From an uncultured Candidatus Saccharibacteria bacterium (lineage in GTDB: Bacteria > Patescibacteriota > Saccharimonadia > Saccharimonadales > Saccharimonadaceae), in contig CAMYZY010000001.1 in NCBI GenBank assembly GCA_947304075.1, positions 1 through 55,981 of the forward strand: a DNA stretch of 55,981 bases, written 5' to 3'. Positions 29,778 to 39,762 of the stretch are shown here, piece after piece. The notes beneath the pieces are model-generated. The model did no database searches. It was given only the letters and a program-made list of their open reading frames with translations, and was not told the DNA's origin. The translations under genes were made by a program, and so were the position numbers. Position 1 is the stretch's first letter. Each line of letters starts with the position of its first letter.

Positions 29778-31634
29778 TTAGCGCCCAGAAAAACCGCCAC
29801 CTCCGCCACCACCACCAGAAAATCCACCCCCACCGCCAGAGAATCCACCGCCACCCGAAAAACTCGAAGACGATGAACCGCCCGAGGAAGACATGGTGGT
29901 AGAATTAGACGCATAGGTCGAAGCCGTACTCACAACTCTATACAAATCATTTACAGCAATACTAGATAGTACGGTACTCGTTGTGTTTTCAACTTCAGTT
30001 AACTCACAGTATTCTTTCATTTCATTCATCCAGCTCTTTTCCAAACCAAAAATCGCTGCGTATGGAAGTAGTTTTTCGTACAGTTTTACAATCCCTTCCG
30101 GCGACACATCTGCACCATCTACACTTTGCAATAGCTTAATTCTATCCGCTTCCGCCATACTAATGTACATCTTCAGCCCATCCATAAATCTAGACACTTC
30201 TAGTCCCTTCATGGTTCGCATCTTGTATTTCATAGTATTAACTACCAGAAATGTCCTAATAATCATCGTTGCCGCAAACAAAATCACCAAATATAACACA
30301 AAATGATCTTTAAATACTTTTACTACGCCCGCTTCATTTGCACCTAACTCGCTCAAGCCAATTATATTAAAGAATTGAAATGCTATTACCATTATTACGA
30401 TTGTTGTTATTACACTCGTCACCCCAACGTTCTCTTTGTAATCTTTTTCATATAATCCGTCTTTTTTCAAATCACTCTTAATCTTTTTATCAATCGAATG
30501 CTGCAAAGCGACTAATTTACTTGTCGCATAATGTCTTTCTAGTTTTATACTGTCATCTTCTTCTGGTTTCTTACCATTATTTAAAATTGCTAGTAGATTA
30601 GTGTATTCTGTATCTAGACTATCAATTTTCTTTACCAGAATATCCCATTTTCTCTTTCCTTTTTTGACTAGTTCAATATTTTTATCAATAATCATTTTAA
30701 GTAGCATTGGCACTTTATAATCCTTTTTATCTCCAATATAATCTTCCGTCAATTCCGCCAAACTATACTCCTTGCTAGGCTGGTATTCTGGCTTTACGAA
30801 GTAACCTTTATAATATTTCCTTTTATCCGATACTTTCAAATAATTACGGTATTTCACAGCTACATATAGTAAACACAACAAACTAACCACAACAGCGATT
30901 ACAACTAACGTATAATCCTTGACTGGACCAGGTATCACAAAACTTCCAGCCTTTAACTCTGCATCAAACGTTAATGTTTCATAACTTGATAGATTTTTAC
31001 TCACAAACTGCACACCATCATCTATTGGCGCAATTTCACAACGCTCACTCCCATCCTGACCATATTCCCCCACATAACACCAGCTTTTTCCCGACCAGTC
31101 ATCGATATTGTCAAAATGCAGTCTCGCCGTCACCGAGTCAAAACGCTGCGTAGCCCCGTTGCCATTTGCATCCCAATAAAGCTCCTGAAATTCTTTTCCG
31201 TCTATATTAAACTCAGTCACCACTTTAACAAAACTGTATTCAAACACATAAGTCTGCTCACCGAGTACATAATCATCATCACCCGTACAAACACTATAAT
31301 AATCTCCATATCTATCAATACTATAAATCGGTTCAGGCTCGCCATTTCGCGTCAGAGTAATATCGGCTCGAGTTAAGCTCGACAAAACATTGTTCGCTCC
31401 ACCTTGATTAGTAAATGGAATTTGCCGACAAATCCCTTTATTTTGATTATAATCCGGAAAAACCGCCGTTACGCTCTCTACCACCCTAAGGCGCGAAACT
31501 CCATCTTCATCATGCGACAAATAATAGTCGCCCGTAAAATCACTAAAATAAAAATTGTTTACATTTGTTGCATAAACCGAATTTGACACAAAAAACGTAA
31601 ATAACAACAAAACAAACATTAGTAATCTTCTCAT
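29778..31634 (-). CDS. DUF2207 family membrane protein
   Basis: ELYWD motif, YEKLLPYAAIFGLEKSW, C-terminal GGGFSGGGGGGGG; start MRRLL at 31634. Confidence 0.9.
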   Translation of the reverse strand: MRRLLMFVLLLFTFFVSNSVYATNVNNFYFSDFTGDYYLSHDEDGVSRLRVVESVTAVFPDYNQNKGICRQIPFTNQGGANNVLSSLTRADITLTRNGEPEPIYSIDRYGDYYSVCTGDDDYVLGEQTYVFEYSFVKVVTEFNIDGKEFQELYWDANGNGATQRFDSVTARLHFDNIDDWSGKSWCYVGEYGQDGSERCEIAPIDDGVQFVSKNLSSYETLTFDAELKAGSFVIPGPVKDYTLVVIAVVVSLLCLLYVAVKYRNYLKVSDKRKYYKGYFVKPEYQPSKEYSLAELTEDYIGDKKDYKVPMLLKMIIDKNIELVKKGKRKWDILVKKIDSLDTEYTNLLAILNNGKKPEEDDSIKLERHYATSKLVALQHSIDKKIKSDLKKDGLYEKDYKENVGVTSVITTIVIMVIAFQFFNIIGLSELGANEAGVVKVFKDHFVLYLVILFAATMIIRTFLVVNTMKYKMRTMKGLEVSRFMDGLKMYISMAEADRIKLLQSVDGADVSPEGIVKLYEKLLPYAAIFGLEKSWMNEMKEYCELTEVENTTSTVLSSIAVNDLYRVVSTASTYASNSTTMSSSGGSSSSSFSGGGGFSGGGGGFSGGGGGGGGFSGR

Positions 31635-31717
31635 ACTTTTATTATATATCATTTTGAAAAGAATATAAAAATATAAAAATGCTTATGCTTTTATAACAAT
31701 TATGCTATAATTTAATC

Positions 31718-32632
31718 ATGGATAATAATAAGATTATGATCGTTGGTACTGGTAATGTCGGAGCGTCTATCGCTTTTGCACTCATCAACCAACGCACTGC
31801 CGTCAACGAAATTGTATTAACCGATATTATTGCCAAAGACGCCGAAGGCGAAGCCATGGATCTTCGAGACGCTCTTGCTGTCGCACCGAGCTTTGTCAAA
31901 ATCAAAAATGGCACTTATAAAGATGCTAAAGACTGCGATATCGTAGTCATCACTGCCGGCGCCGCCCAAAAACCAGGCGAAACCCGCATGGAACTACTAG
32001 CCAAAAACGTCAACATTCTAAAGGGCATGATTGAGCAAATCATGGCATCTGGTTTTGATGGCATCTTTCTTATTGTCACCAATCCAATGGACGTACTCAC
32101 TTATTACACTATGAAGTTTTCCAAACTCCCCGCCGAACGCGTCATTGGTTCTGGCACCGTCCTTGATTCTGCCAGACTTCAAACTCGCATTGCTGACTAT
32201 CTAAATGTTAATCCTAAGTCCATTCACGCTCACCAAATCGGCGAACATGGTGACACCGAGCTAACACTCTGGTCACTTGCCGACATGGGCGGTCAAAAAA
32301 TCAGCGATCTCTTACCAGCCAAAGTCCGCAAAGACATTTCCGAATTTGTACGTAATGAGGCCTATGACATTATCGACAAAAAAGGCGCCACTCATTATGG
32401 CATCGCAACCTGTGTAGTCCAAATTTTGAACTGCATCCTAAATGACGAAATGCGCGTGCTCCCAGTGTCTTCCTACGATTATTTCTCTGACACCTGTTTT
32501 GGTTTCCCATCCGTCGTCGGTCGCGAAGGTATCGTCCGCCGTCTCGATCTCAAACTCTCCGAAAAAGAAGGTGTCGAGCTCCAAAAATCCATCAACGCCC
32601 TGAAAAAAGCCATCAAATCCGTCAAATATTAA
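31718..32632 (+). CDS. ldh: L-lactate dehydrogenase
   Basis: GTGNVG, AGAAQKPGETR (Gln specificity residue), LDSAR, GEHGD. Confidence 0.92.
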   Translation: MDNNKIMIVGTGNVGASIAFALINQRTAVNEIVLTDIIAKDAEGEAMDLRDALAVAPSFVKIKNGTYKDAKDCDIVVITAGAAQKPGETRMELLAKNVNILKGMIEQIMASGFDGIFLIVTNPMDVLTYYTMKFSKLPAERVIGSGTVLDSARLQTRIADYLNVNPKSIHAHQIGEHGDTELTLWSLADMGGQKISDLLPAKVRKDISEFVRNEAYDIIDKKGATHYGIATCVVQILNCILNDEMRVLPVSSYDYFSDTCFGFPSVVGREGIVRRLDLKLSEKEGVELQKSINALKKAIKSVKY

Positions 32633-33952
32633 TTACACTAGCGATTGTAAATACAACAATAGTTCTTGTTTCACAAAATCATCTTTTACCGTCTCAATCT
32701 CAGCCATAAACTTCGGCACTTGCTTTTCGAGCCTATTTTTGCGGTATTCTTCATATTTTTCCGTTTCCGATTCCGACAGAGCATTTGGATAATTGCGCCC
32801 CTTATAATGAAGTAGCAGCTCCGGTAATCTTTCATCATCAAATTCAGGATGCAAGTCACTCAGTTGATTTGCTCCGGCTTTTCTCACTTCCAAAACTTTC
32901 CGTCTGTCCATATCATTTAAAAACCCATCATAAATCGCCCCTTCCGGTTCGCTAGCCGGTGGATATTCCGGGCGATTTTCATATTCGCTTCGCATTTGCT
33001 CCGCAAATTCTGGATGCGCCAGCAAAATCTTCATATTCTTCTCCACCGTTTCTTCCGTCAAACCAATCTTTTTCCAGCCATCCATTTTGCCAAGCACCGA
33101 TAAAGGCGCCACCGCCGGACATTTATTGTAGCAAAGTTCCTTTACTATCGGATAATGGACTTCGGGATTCTCTTCCAGGTTATAACGCAAATTATATACC
33201 AGCACATTGCCATTTCGCCCCGGTGCAATCGGGAGCACCACCGTAGTCTTATTAAACTCATTCGCATATCGTCCCGACGCATATACAAACGGCTGCTTGT
33301 TATCTAGATTTACCAGCTTTTTTACATCATTTTTACCCCGCATCTCAAACAAGTATTTAAATAGCTCCGGTTGCTTATCTTTGATTAGTTTCGCCACCGC
33401 AATCGTCGCAAACACATCCGAAAGCGCATCGTGCGCATGCTCATGCGAAACTCCGTTGAGCTTAGTAATTAGCTCCAAACGATTCGTCGGCGCTCCGTCT
33501 TCCCGAAACGGCCATTCTATTCCTTCCGGCCGGAGAGCTCGTGTTAGTCTCACCACGTCCAGGATATCCCAGCGGCTCCGTTCATCTTTCCATTCCCATT
33601 CATAAGGATCATAAAAATTTCGCCACAGACACGCCCGCATAAATTCATCGTCAAATCGCACCGTATTATACCCCACCGCAATCGTCTCAGATGTAAAAAT
33701 CTCTTCTGTAATAAACTTACAAAACTCCGCTTCGCTTATCCCATCCATCAGCGTCTGTTGCGGCGTAATGCCAGTCACGTTAATCGCGCTCGGACTCGGC
33801 AAAGCGTCATTCGTCATTTTCACCAACACATTCACCGGTTCCCCTATTGGCTGCAAATCCATATCGGTTCTCTGCCCGGCAAACTGCATTATTCTATCTT
33901 CTCTCGGTTTTAGCCCCGACGTCTCCAAATCATAAAAGAAAAAAGTTTTCAT
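32633..33952 (-). CDS. sbcB: Exodeoxyribonuclease I
   Basis: FYDLETSG, QFAG, GYN..RFDDE, LRPEGI.WP, AHDALSDV, NKCP. Confidence 0.93.
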   Translation of the reverse strand: MKTFFFYDLETSGLKPREDRIMQFAGQRTDMDLQPIGEPVNVLVKMTNDALPSPSAINVTGITPQQTLMDGISEAEFCKFITEEIFTSETIAVGYNTVRFDDEFMRACLWRNFYDPYEWEWKDERSRWDILDVVRLTRALRPEGIEWPFREDGAPTNRLELITKLNGVSHEHAHDALSDVFATIAVAKLIKDKQPELFKYLFEMRGKNDVKKLVNLDNKQPFVYASGRYANEFNKTTVVLPIAPGRNGNVLVYNLRYNLEENPEVHYPIVKELCYNKCPAVAPLSVLGKMDGWKKIGLTEETVEKNMKILLAHPEFAEQMRSEYENRPEYPPASEPEGAIYDGFLNDMDRRKVLEVRKAGANQLSDLHPEFDDERLPELLLHYKGRNYPNALSESETEKYEEYRKNRLEKQVPKFMAEIETVKDDFVKQELLLYLQSLV

Positions 33953-34003
33953 TTTTTATCATTTTCTCCTAAAATCATTATAGCATAATCAAAGCATGAA
34001 AAA

Positions 34004-34027
34004 TCCCCCGACCATAAGGTCAGGGGA
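34004..34027 (-). terminator. Intrinsic terminator
   Basis: Minus strand TCCCCTGACC-TTAT-GGTCGGGGGA then TTTTT (one G-U pair). Confidence 0.75.
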
Positions 34028-34032
34028 AAATC

Positions 34033-34461
34033 TTATTTTCGCCGTTTTTGCTGACTCTGGCGAAGTTTTCTCCGTCTTTCTGCCTTGATCTCTTCAATCC
34101 CAGCAGTGAGCCATTTATGCTTCAGTCTGCTTGCTATGTTTATCACTAAGATAAACAACAGCGTTAGCACGATGGCAACGACAAAGCCGCAACCAACGGG
34201 AGCTATCAGGCTCCAAATTGGAGAGTCGTTTACTGCTAAGTGATTATCCGAAAACTGGACAATCCCCCAGTACGACTCCATCATTACCAAGAGCCCGGCG
34301 ATAATGCTCATGGCAATGGCGATAGCGTCACGGATTTCATCCGTATACGTCATCAAAATCTGGAGAGAATGACATTTCACATCATATCTCTTCCAGCCGA
34401 CAATAGCACACAGCACAAACATGGCCGGTACTATAACATACCAGCAATTCAGTGAATTCAT
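34033..34461 (-). CDS. Hypothetical membrane protein (3 TM, basic C-tail)
   Basis: AAGGGGGG SD, own promoter and terminator. Confidence 0.75.
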   Translation of the reverse strand: MNSLNCWYVIVPAMFVLCAIVGWKRYDVKCHSLQILMTYTDEIRDAIAIAMSIIAGLLVMMESYWGIVQFSDNHLAVNDSPIWSLIAPVGCGFVVAIVLTLLFILVINIASRLKHKWLTAGIEEIKAERRRKLRQSQQKRRK

Positions 34462-34541
34462 ACTATACCCCCCTTATCGGTGTTATGTAATTAATCTGCC
34501 AGATGTACTCCGCTTTCCCCCCAGAGACACATCTTAACCTA

Positions 34542-34570
34542 ATTATATCACACTTGTGCTTTTTTGTCAA
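34542..34570 (-). promoter_or_regulatory. Consensus sigma70 promoter
   Basis: TTGACA-N17-TATAAT with TG extension. Confidence 0.8.
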
Positions 34571-34581
34571 TATTCTGTCAA

Positions 34582-35310
34582 CTACTCTTCGGCTTCTTCA
34601 CCCTGCATCTCGTTATAATCTATACCATAATGGGCATATTGTAGTCTCATATAAGCTTCATCTAGCTCACTTGCAAGGGTCTTTAAGGGGTCTTCGTTCG
34701 CCACTGGCATCACGATGAATTTCAGGGGTTTATTTAGCCCGCCACAGATTTCCATTGAATCGCTATAAGCTAGCTCTTCAGGGATGGTTATTTCCCTGAT
34801 TCCCCCTAATTTCATACCTTCTACCCCTATATTCCACCCTTCAATCATCCCTAGAGATGCATCCAAAATCTTCGCAAAAGCCGTTGGATTGTCATTATTA
34901 TCAAAAGACGAGTCAAAAATCGACTCATCGGCACACCAACCCACATAATAAGCTAGATAATTGCTATCATCTTCAGAAAGAGTCCTCCCTGACCCCTGTT
35001 TCAAATCTCGAGTTTTTATCCCATTTTCATTTGCCGAAGTCTCGTTATAAGCCTTAATTTCACCCTTATAGGCGATAAATTTATCAAAATCACTCTTGGT
35101 CGCTTCGCTAAACTCTTCGACCTTTTTATTGTAGGCTTCTTCGTACTCTGCAACCTTCGCAGGATCCACCTGGCTATCAGTATTATTAGAATTACCACCA
35201 TTCAAGATAATTGCTGCATAACTCGCAATTATCGAACCCAGCATAATAATTGCGATTATTAAGATAATTACCCGTTGTTTCGGACTTGTTTTCAGTTCTT
35301 TTTGGTCCAT
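34582..35310 (-). CDS. Membrane-anchored FKBP-type peptidyl-prolyl isomerase
   Basis: YVG...E.IFDSS, MIEGW..GVEGMKLGG.REITIP.ELAY; N-terminal TM; start MDQK at 35310. Confidence 0.9.
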   Translation of the reverse strand: MDQKELKTSPKQRVIILIIAIIMLGSIIASYAAIILNGGNSNNTDSQVDPAKVAEYEEAYNKKVEEFSEATKSDFDKFIAYKGEIKAYNETSANENGIKTRDLKQGSGRTLSEDDSNYLAYYVGWCADESIFDSSFDNNDNPTAFAKILDASLGMIEGWNIGVEGMKLGGIREITIPEELAYSDSMEICGGLNKPLKFIVMPVANEDPLKTLASELDEAYMRLQYAHYGIDYNEMQGEEAEE

Positions 35311-35340
35311 ACAGATTACTCCACTTAGTTTATTCACCCC

Positions 35341-35377
35341 ATTATAGCACAAAAATGACCCCAGTAGGGGCCATTTT
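35341..35377 (-). terminator. rplO terminator fused to an extended -10 promoter
   Basis: Minus strand reads AAAATGGCCCCTACTGGGGTCATTTTTGTGCTATAAT. Confidence 0.7.
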
Positions 35378-35383
35378 AGTATT

Positions 35384-35845
35384 TTAAGCCTTTTTTTCAG
35401 GTTTCTTTAAGATAGCAACTTGCTTAAATGAACCGCCTGCCTTCTTAATAGCATCAATAGCCGACTTCGAAGCGAACTGCGTCTCAAGCTCAATCTTGGA
35501 CTTTAGCTCTCCCCGAGTAATCACCTTCACCTTCGCATAAGGTGAAGAAATCAACATAGCTTTCGCCATTACGTTATTATCAACCTTACCATTTAGCTCG
35601 TTTAATCTATCAGTATAAACCACTTCAGCCTTTGGATGAATTGACTTAAAACCTTTTAGCTTAGGCACTGCCTGCATGATCGCACGCTGACCACCCATAA
35701 ATCCAGTTGGCATCTTGTTGTGACCAGTACGGGATTTCTGACCTTTGGTACCACGACCAGCAGTTTTACCTTGTCCGGCCGCAATTCCACGCCCTTTTCT
35801 GGAAGGACGAGTGTTTTTCGTGACATTCAAATCATTGTATTTCAT
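35384..35845 (-). CDS. rplO: 50S ribosomal protein uL15
   Basis: GRGIAAGQGKTAGRGTKGQKSR; FASKSA...I..AGG. Confidence 0.96.
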   Translation of the reverse strand: MKYNDLNVTKNTRPSRKGRGIAAGQGKTAGRGTKGQKSRTGHNKMPTGFMGGQRAIMQAVPKLKGFKSIHPKAEVVYTDRLNELNGKVDNNVMAKAMLISSPYAKVKVITRGELKSKIELETQFASKSAIDAIKKAGGSFKQVAILKKPEKKA

Positions 35846-36684
35846 TACTTATTCTCCTTTTTTGCGGTCTTCTTCGCTGGAGCTTTGCTTTTTACAGCCT
35901 TTTTTTCTGCTGGAGCCTTCTTTACAGTAGCTTTTGCAGTCGTAGTAGCTTTTGCAGTAGTTTTCTTTTCTTCTACAGTCTTTTTAGCAACTACAGGCTT
36001 CTTTTCAACTTCTTTAGCTTCAACTTTCTTTACCTCAGGCTTAGTCTCGACCTTCTTCTCTGACTTCACCGTCTTTCCTTCATTACCAACCCACTCATTT
36101 CTAGGTGTTTGTTGTTTCAAACCTTCAATCACTGCATATGCAATGTTGACTTTGTTGGTTGAACCAAGCGATTTTGAAATCAAATTCTTTACCCCAGTAA
36201 GGCCCATGATCGAACGAACTGTACCACCGGCAATAATACCAGTACCGGGAGCTGCTGGTTTCATCAACACATCAGCACCAGTAATCTTGGTACGAGTTTC
36301 GTGGCAAATTGTCTCACGGTCCATATTAAAAGTAATCATTGCTTTCTTAGCTTTGCGCTCAGCCTTAGAAACAGCTGTAGTCACATCGTTGCCTTTGGCT
36401 ACGCCAATGCCAACTTTGTTCTTGTGATTACCAATTGCAACCAAAGCTTTAAAACGCATTCTGCGTCCACCAGCTACCGTTCTAGACACACGGTCTACTG
36501 CAATAGTAATCGAATCATATTCTTTTTTGCCCGCATCAGCACGCACACGATCGCGACGATTTCTGCGTTCCATACGCTTACCAGATATATCACGAGTTTG
36601 CTTAGTCGCAGCCACCTTATCTTCCATTTTAAGGGTGCCGGACTTGTTAATTACTCTTGGGGCTTTCTTTTCAACTTCAGCCAT
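35845..36684 (-). CDS. rpsE: 30S ribosomal protein uS5 with long N- and C-terminal extensions
   Basis: RVSRTVAGGRRMRF.ALV..G, PAAPGTGIIAGG, KSLGSTN. Confidence 0.96.
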   Translation of the reverse strand: MAEVEKKAPRVINKSGTLKMEDKVAATKQTRDISGKRMERRNRRDRVRADAGKKEYDSITIAVDRVSRTVAGGRRMRFKALVAIGNHKNKVGIGVAKGNDVTTAVSKAERKAKKAMITFNMDRETICHETRTKITGADVLMKPAAPGTGIIAGGTVRSIMGLTGVKNLISKSLGSTNKVNIAYAVIEGLKQQTPRNEWVGNEGKTVKSEKKVETKPEVKKVEAKEVEKKPVVAKKTVEEKKTTAKATTTAKATVKKAPAEKKAVKSKAPAKKTAKKENK

Positions 36685-36686
36685 AA

Positions 36687-37016
36687 TTAAAACTCCAATC
36701 CTTCTTTGCGAGCCGCATCAGCAAGTGCCGACATGCGTCCTGCATATAGTTTAGAACCACGGTCAAATACTACTTTCGAAATTTTTGCAGTTTTCGCTTT
36801 TTTGGCTATTTCTGCACCAATTTTAGTAGCTTTTTCCGTCATTGTACCAGTCATTTTACTGCCAACAGTAGTAGCATAGCAAATCGTGACTTTCTTATCG
36901 TCATCAATAACTTGCGCAATAATATGTTGATTGCTAAAATGTACGGCGAGTCTTGGCCTTTCCGCTGTGCCATGAATCTTGGCACGAGTTCTCTTGGCTC
37001 TATATTCACTTTTCAT
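36687..37016 (-). CDS. rplR: 50S ribosomal protein uL18
   Basis: GTAERPRL.V..SN.HI.AQ, VVFDRG, LADAARKEGLEF. Confidence 0.96.
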   Translation of the reverse strand: MKSEYRAKRTRAKIHGTAERPRLAVHFSNQHIIAQVIDDDKKVTICYATTVGSKMTGTMTEKATKIGAEIAKKAKTAKISKVVFDRGSKLYAGRMSALADAARKEGLEF

Positions 37017-37552
37017 TATTTCTTACCCGCCTTTCCTGCCTTACGAAGAATCACTTCGTCGACATACTTAATACCTTTACCCTTGTAAGGTTCAGGCTTC
37101 TTTAATGCACGGATTTCAGCGGCAACTTGACCAACTTTTTGCTTGTCAATGCCCGAAACAGTGATCTCCATCTTATTTGTAGCAAGCTGGACCCCTTCTG
37201 GTGCTCTATATTTCACTGGATGTGAAAAACCAAGCGCCATTTCAATTTCTTGGCCACCGCCAGAAAGACGAAAACCTACACCGTTTATTTCTAGTTTTTT
37301 CTCGTAACCTTTGGTCACACCTTTTACAGCGTTATTGATTAAAGCACGCTGCAAGCCGTGCCAAGCACGAGACTTTGGCTCGTCATCCGCGCGGGTGACG
37401 GTCAAAATGTTGCCATCAATAGAAACCTTAGTTCTAGGTTGTACTGGAACTACGAGTGAACCCTTCGGGCCCGCAACAGTTATTTCGCTGTCGCCGACCG
37501 TGATTGTCACTCCCGCCGGAATCTCGATGGGTTGTTTTCCGATACGACTCAT
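37016..37552 (-). CDS. rplF: 50S ribosomal protein uL6
   Basis: MSRIGKQP, LGFSHPV, PEPYKGKGI. Confidence 0.97.
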   Translation of the reverse strand: MSRIGKQPIEIPAGVTITVGDSEITVAGPKGSLVVPVQPRTKVSIDGNILTVTRADDEPKSRAWHGLQRALINNAVKGVTKGYEKKLEINGVGFRLSGGGQEIEMALGFSHPVKYRAPEGVQLATNKMEITVSGIDKQKVGQVAAEIRALKKPEPYKGKGIKYVDEVILRKAGKAGKK

Positions 37553-37619
37553 TTGTCTCCCTTTGTTAAATTAATATCCTAAACATTATATCATAATTGT
37601 TAAGATAAGTAAACTCTTT

Positions 37620-38330
37620 TTAACCAGCAATAATCTTACGCGGATTATTAACTAAAATTTTATTTAGTTCATTCTTATCATAATATTTCAAAAGTTTTTT
37701 GTAGGCTAATTTATATTGTTTCTCAGAATTCCCCGCATAGTGAATGTCACTCCCGAGCGCAAAAATCATCCCGTTTTTTGCCATCTTTTTAATGGTCTTT
37801 TTCGCCCCAGTACCATATTTACCCAAAATACTCCAAAGATTACACTGAAATAAAACGCCAATCTTATCTAGCTCTTCTACAATATCATAATCATTCTGCA
37901 CAATCGAATATCTTTCCGGATGTGCCAAAATTACCTTGTACCCATCATTCATTAGCTCCATCAGAATATCTTGATAATTAGAAAAAACTTCGTTTAACGG
38001 TAATTCAACTAGCAAGTATTTACTACCAGCCATCGTCGCGATTTCACCGCGTTTAATTAAATAATCAATATTAGCATCAATGTAAATCTCATTACCTAGA
38101 TACAGATTAACCGGTATTTTTTCGTCAACTAAAAATCTTTTTAATTCTTCAATTAGGATTCTGTTTTTCCTTCTCGGCGAGATAAAACGAGTTTCAGAAA
38201 TATAATGTGGCGTCGCAATGATATCCGTTACACCCATTGACATCAAATCACGAATCATGTCAACACTATCCGTGAAGGTCTTCGCTCCGTCATCCACACC
38301 CGGCAAAATATGTGAATGTATATCAATCAT
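37620..38330 (-). CDS. PHP-family tyrosine phosphatase (CpsB/YwqE-like)
   Basis: MIDIHSHILPGVDDG, ATPH, AHPERY, SDIH. Confidence 0.93.
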   Translation of the reverse strand: MIDIHSHILPGVDDGAKTFTDSVDMIRDLMSMGVTDIIATPHYISETRFISPRRKNRILIEELKRFLVDEKIPVNLYLGNEIYIDANIDYLIKRGEIATMAGSKYLLVELPLNEVFSNYQDILMELMNDGYKVILAHPERYSIVQNDYDIVEELDKIGVLFQCNLWSILGKYGTGAKKTIKKMAKNGMIFALGSDIHYAGNSEKQYKLAYKKLLKYYDKNELNKILVNNPRKIIAG

Positions 38331-38332
38331 CT

Positions 38333-39694
38333 TTATTTAGAATCACCGTAATAGTAATAATTATTATAATACTTCGTAGATTTACGATTAACCATGTTAA
38401 ACACAATACCAGCTACTCTCGCACCAACTTTATAGAGTGAATCTTTTGCTGCCAACATTTCACTCTTCGTAGTCGAACCTTCCTTAGCCACAATCAAAGT
38501 CTCATCTACCAAGCTTGCCAAAATGACAGAATCAGCTAAACCATTGATCGGAGCACCATCAAATATCACGACATCGTAATGATCACTCAAAATCTTTATC
38601 AAACGTCTATTCTTTTGTGAAGCTAGTAGCTCACTTGGATTCGGTGGATAAGTTCCGCAAGTAATCAAATCAAGATTCTTAACCTTAGTTGCTCTGACAT
38701 ATGCCCCCAGTCTTCTTAAGTCGCTAGTTAATAGATTTGACAAACCTCCAGTGTTCGGGATTCCAAATAGTTTATGTAGACGTCCTTTTCTTAAATCGCA
38801 GTCTACTAGCAGTACTCTCTTATCAGCTTGCGCAAACGAAACCGCCAAGTTCGCCGACACGAAACTTTTACCTTCTGCTGCATTCGCACTAGTTACCAAA
38901 ATAGTCTCCAAATCTTTATCAATCGAAATAAACTGCAAATTCGTTCTCAAACTTTTAATGTTTTCGCTCACAATCGCCTTAGGTGATTTTTCTACGATTA
39001 GTTCACTCCCCAGCCTCTTTGACTTAACATCACTTCTCATAATCGAACCAGTTACCGGCAGACCAATCGTTTTTTCAATATCATCAGAATCCTTCAAAGT
39101 GTCATCTAGATAATACCTTAAGAACGCAAAGCCAGCCACCAAAATCACCGCAATCACCACGGCCAAGACCAAATCTCTCATCAATGTATTATTTGACGGA
39201 GTTTCCGGCGCCACCGCCACCGATAATTGCTTCACATTTTCAATTTTATAAATATCTGTTACCTGCTTTGCAAACACCACCGCAATCTCATTAGCGATTT
39301 GTGCCGCCAGCTTTGGATTCAAATTCCTAGCAGAAATACTCAATATAGAAGTGTCATCAACCGGCTTAATCGTTAAATATTTGCCAAGTTCTTTCGCCGA
39401 AAAATGTAAACCTAAGTTTTCGATTACTTGGTTCAAAACTAGTTCACTCTTAGCGATTTCACTATAGGTCGTTGCCAATTTTTGGCTCGCATTAATCTCA
39501 TTTAACGAAGCAGCCGTACCGTCATAACTATCAGATTTCGCAATCACTACCGTCGTCTGAGCCTGATACATTGGTTTTTTCACTATTTTGTCATAAACAA
39601 AAACCCCAACCAGGGCAATGATAATCACTACAACAAAAGCAACAATATAACGTTTTAAATAGCTAAAAAAATCTTTTATATTTATTTCTTCCAT
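38333..39694 (-). CDS. Fused polysaccharide co-polymerase + BY-kinase (CpsC-CpsD)
   Basis: Two-TM Wzz-like N-half; EGKS Walker A, LLVDCDLRK, PPNPSELL and C-terminal Tyr cluster. Confidence 0.92.
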   Translation of the reverse strand: MEEINIKDFFSYLKRYIVAFVVVIIIALVGVFVYDKIVKKPMYQAQTTVVIAKSDSYDGTAASLNEINASQKLATTYSEIAKSELVLNQVIENLGLHFSAKELGKYLTIKPVDDTSILSISARNLNPKLAAQIANEIAVVFAKQVTDIYKIENVKQLSVAVAPETPSNNTLMRDLVLAVVIAVILVAGFAFLRYYLDDTLKDSDDIEKTIGLPVTGSIMRSDVKSKRLGSELIVEKSPKAIVSENIKSLRTNLQFISIDKDLETILVTSANAAEGKSFVSANLAVSFAQADKRVLLVDCDLRKGRLHKLFGIPNTGGLSNLLTSDLRRLGAYVRATKVKNLDLITCGTYPPNPSELLASQKNRRLIKILSDHYDVVIFDGAPINGLADSVILASLVDETLIVAKEGSTTKSEMLAAKDSLYKVGARVAGIVFNMVNRKSTKYYNNYYYYGDSK

Positions 39695-39762
39695 AAATAA
39701 CTCCTACACCCTATTATAACATAAGCAATTATATTGTAAATGATTTTTCATTAGTCTTTCAC

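Noticed and set aside
35720..36427. 235-aa + strand ORF and the many other short antisense ORFs in the track
   Set aside because: Shadow frames of real minus-strand genes; the hydrophobic look comes from reverse-complemented Lys/Ala codons
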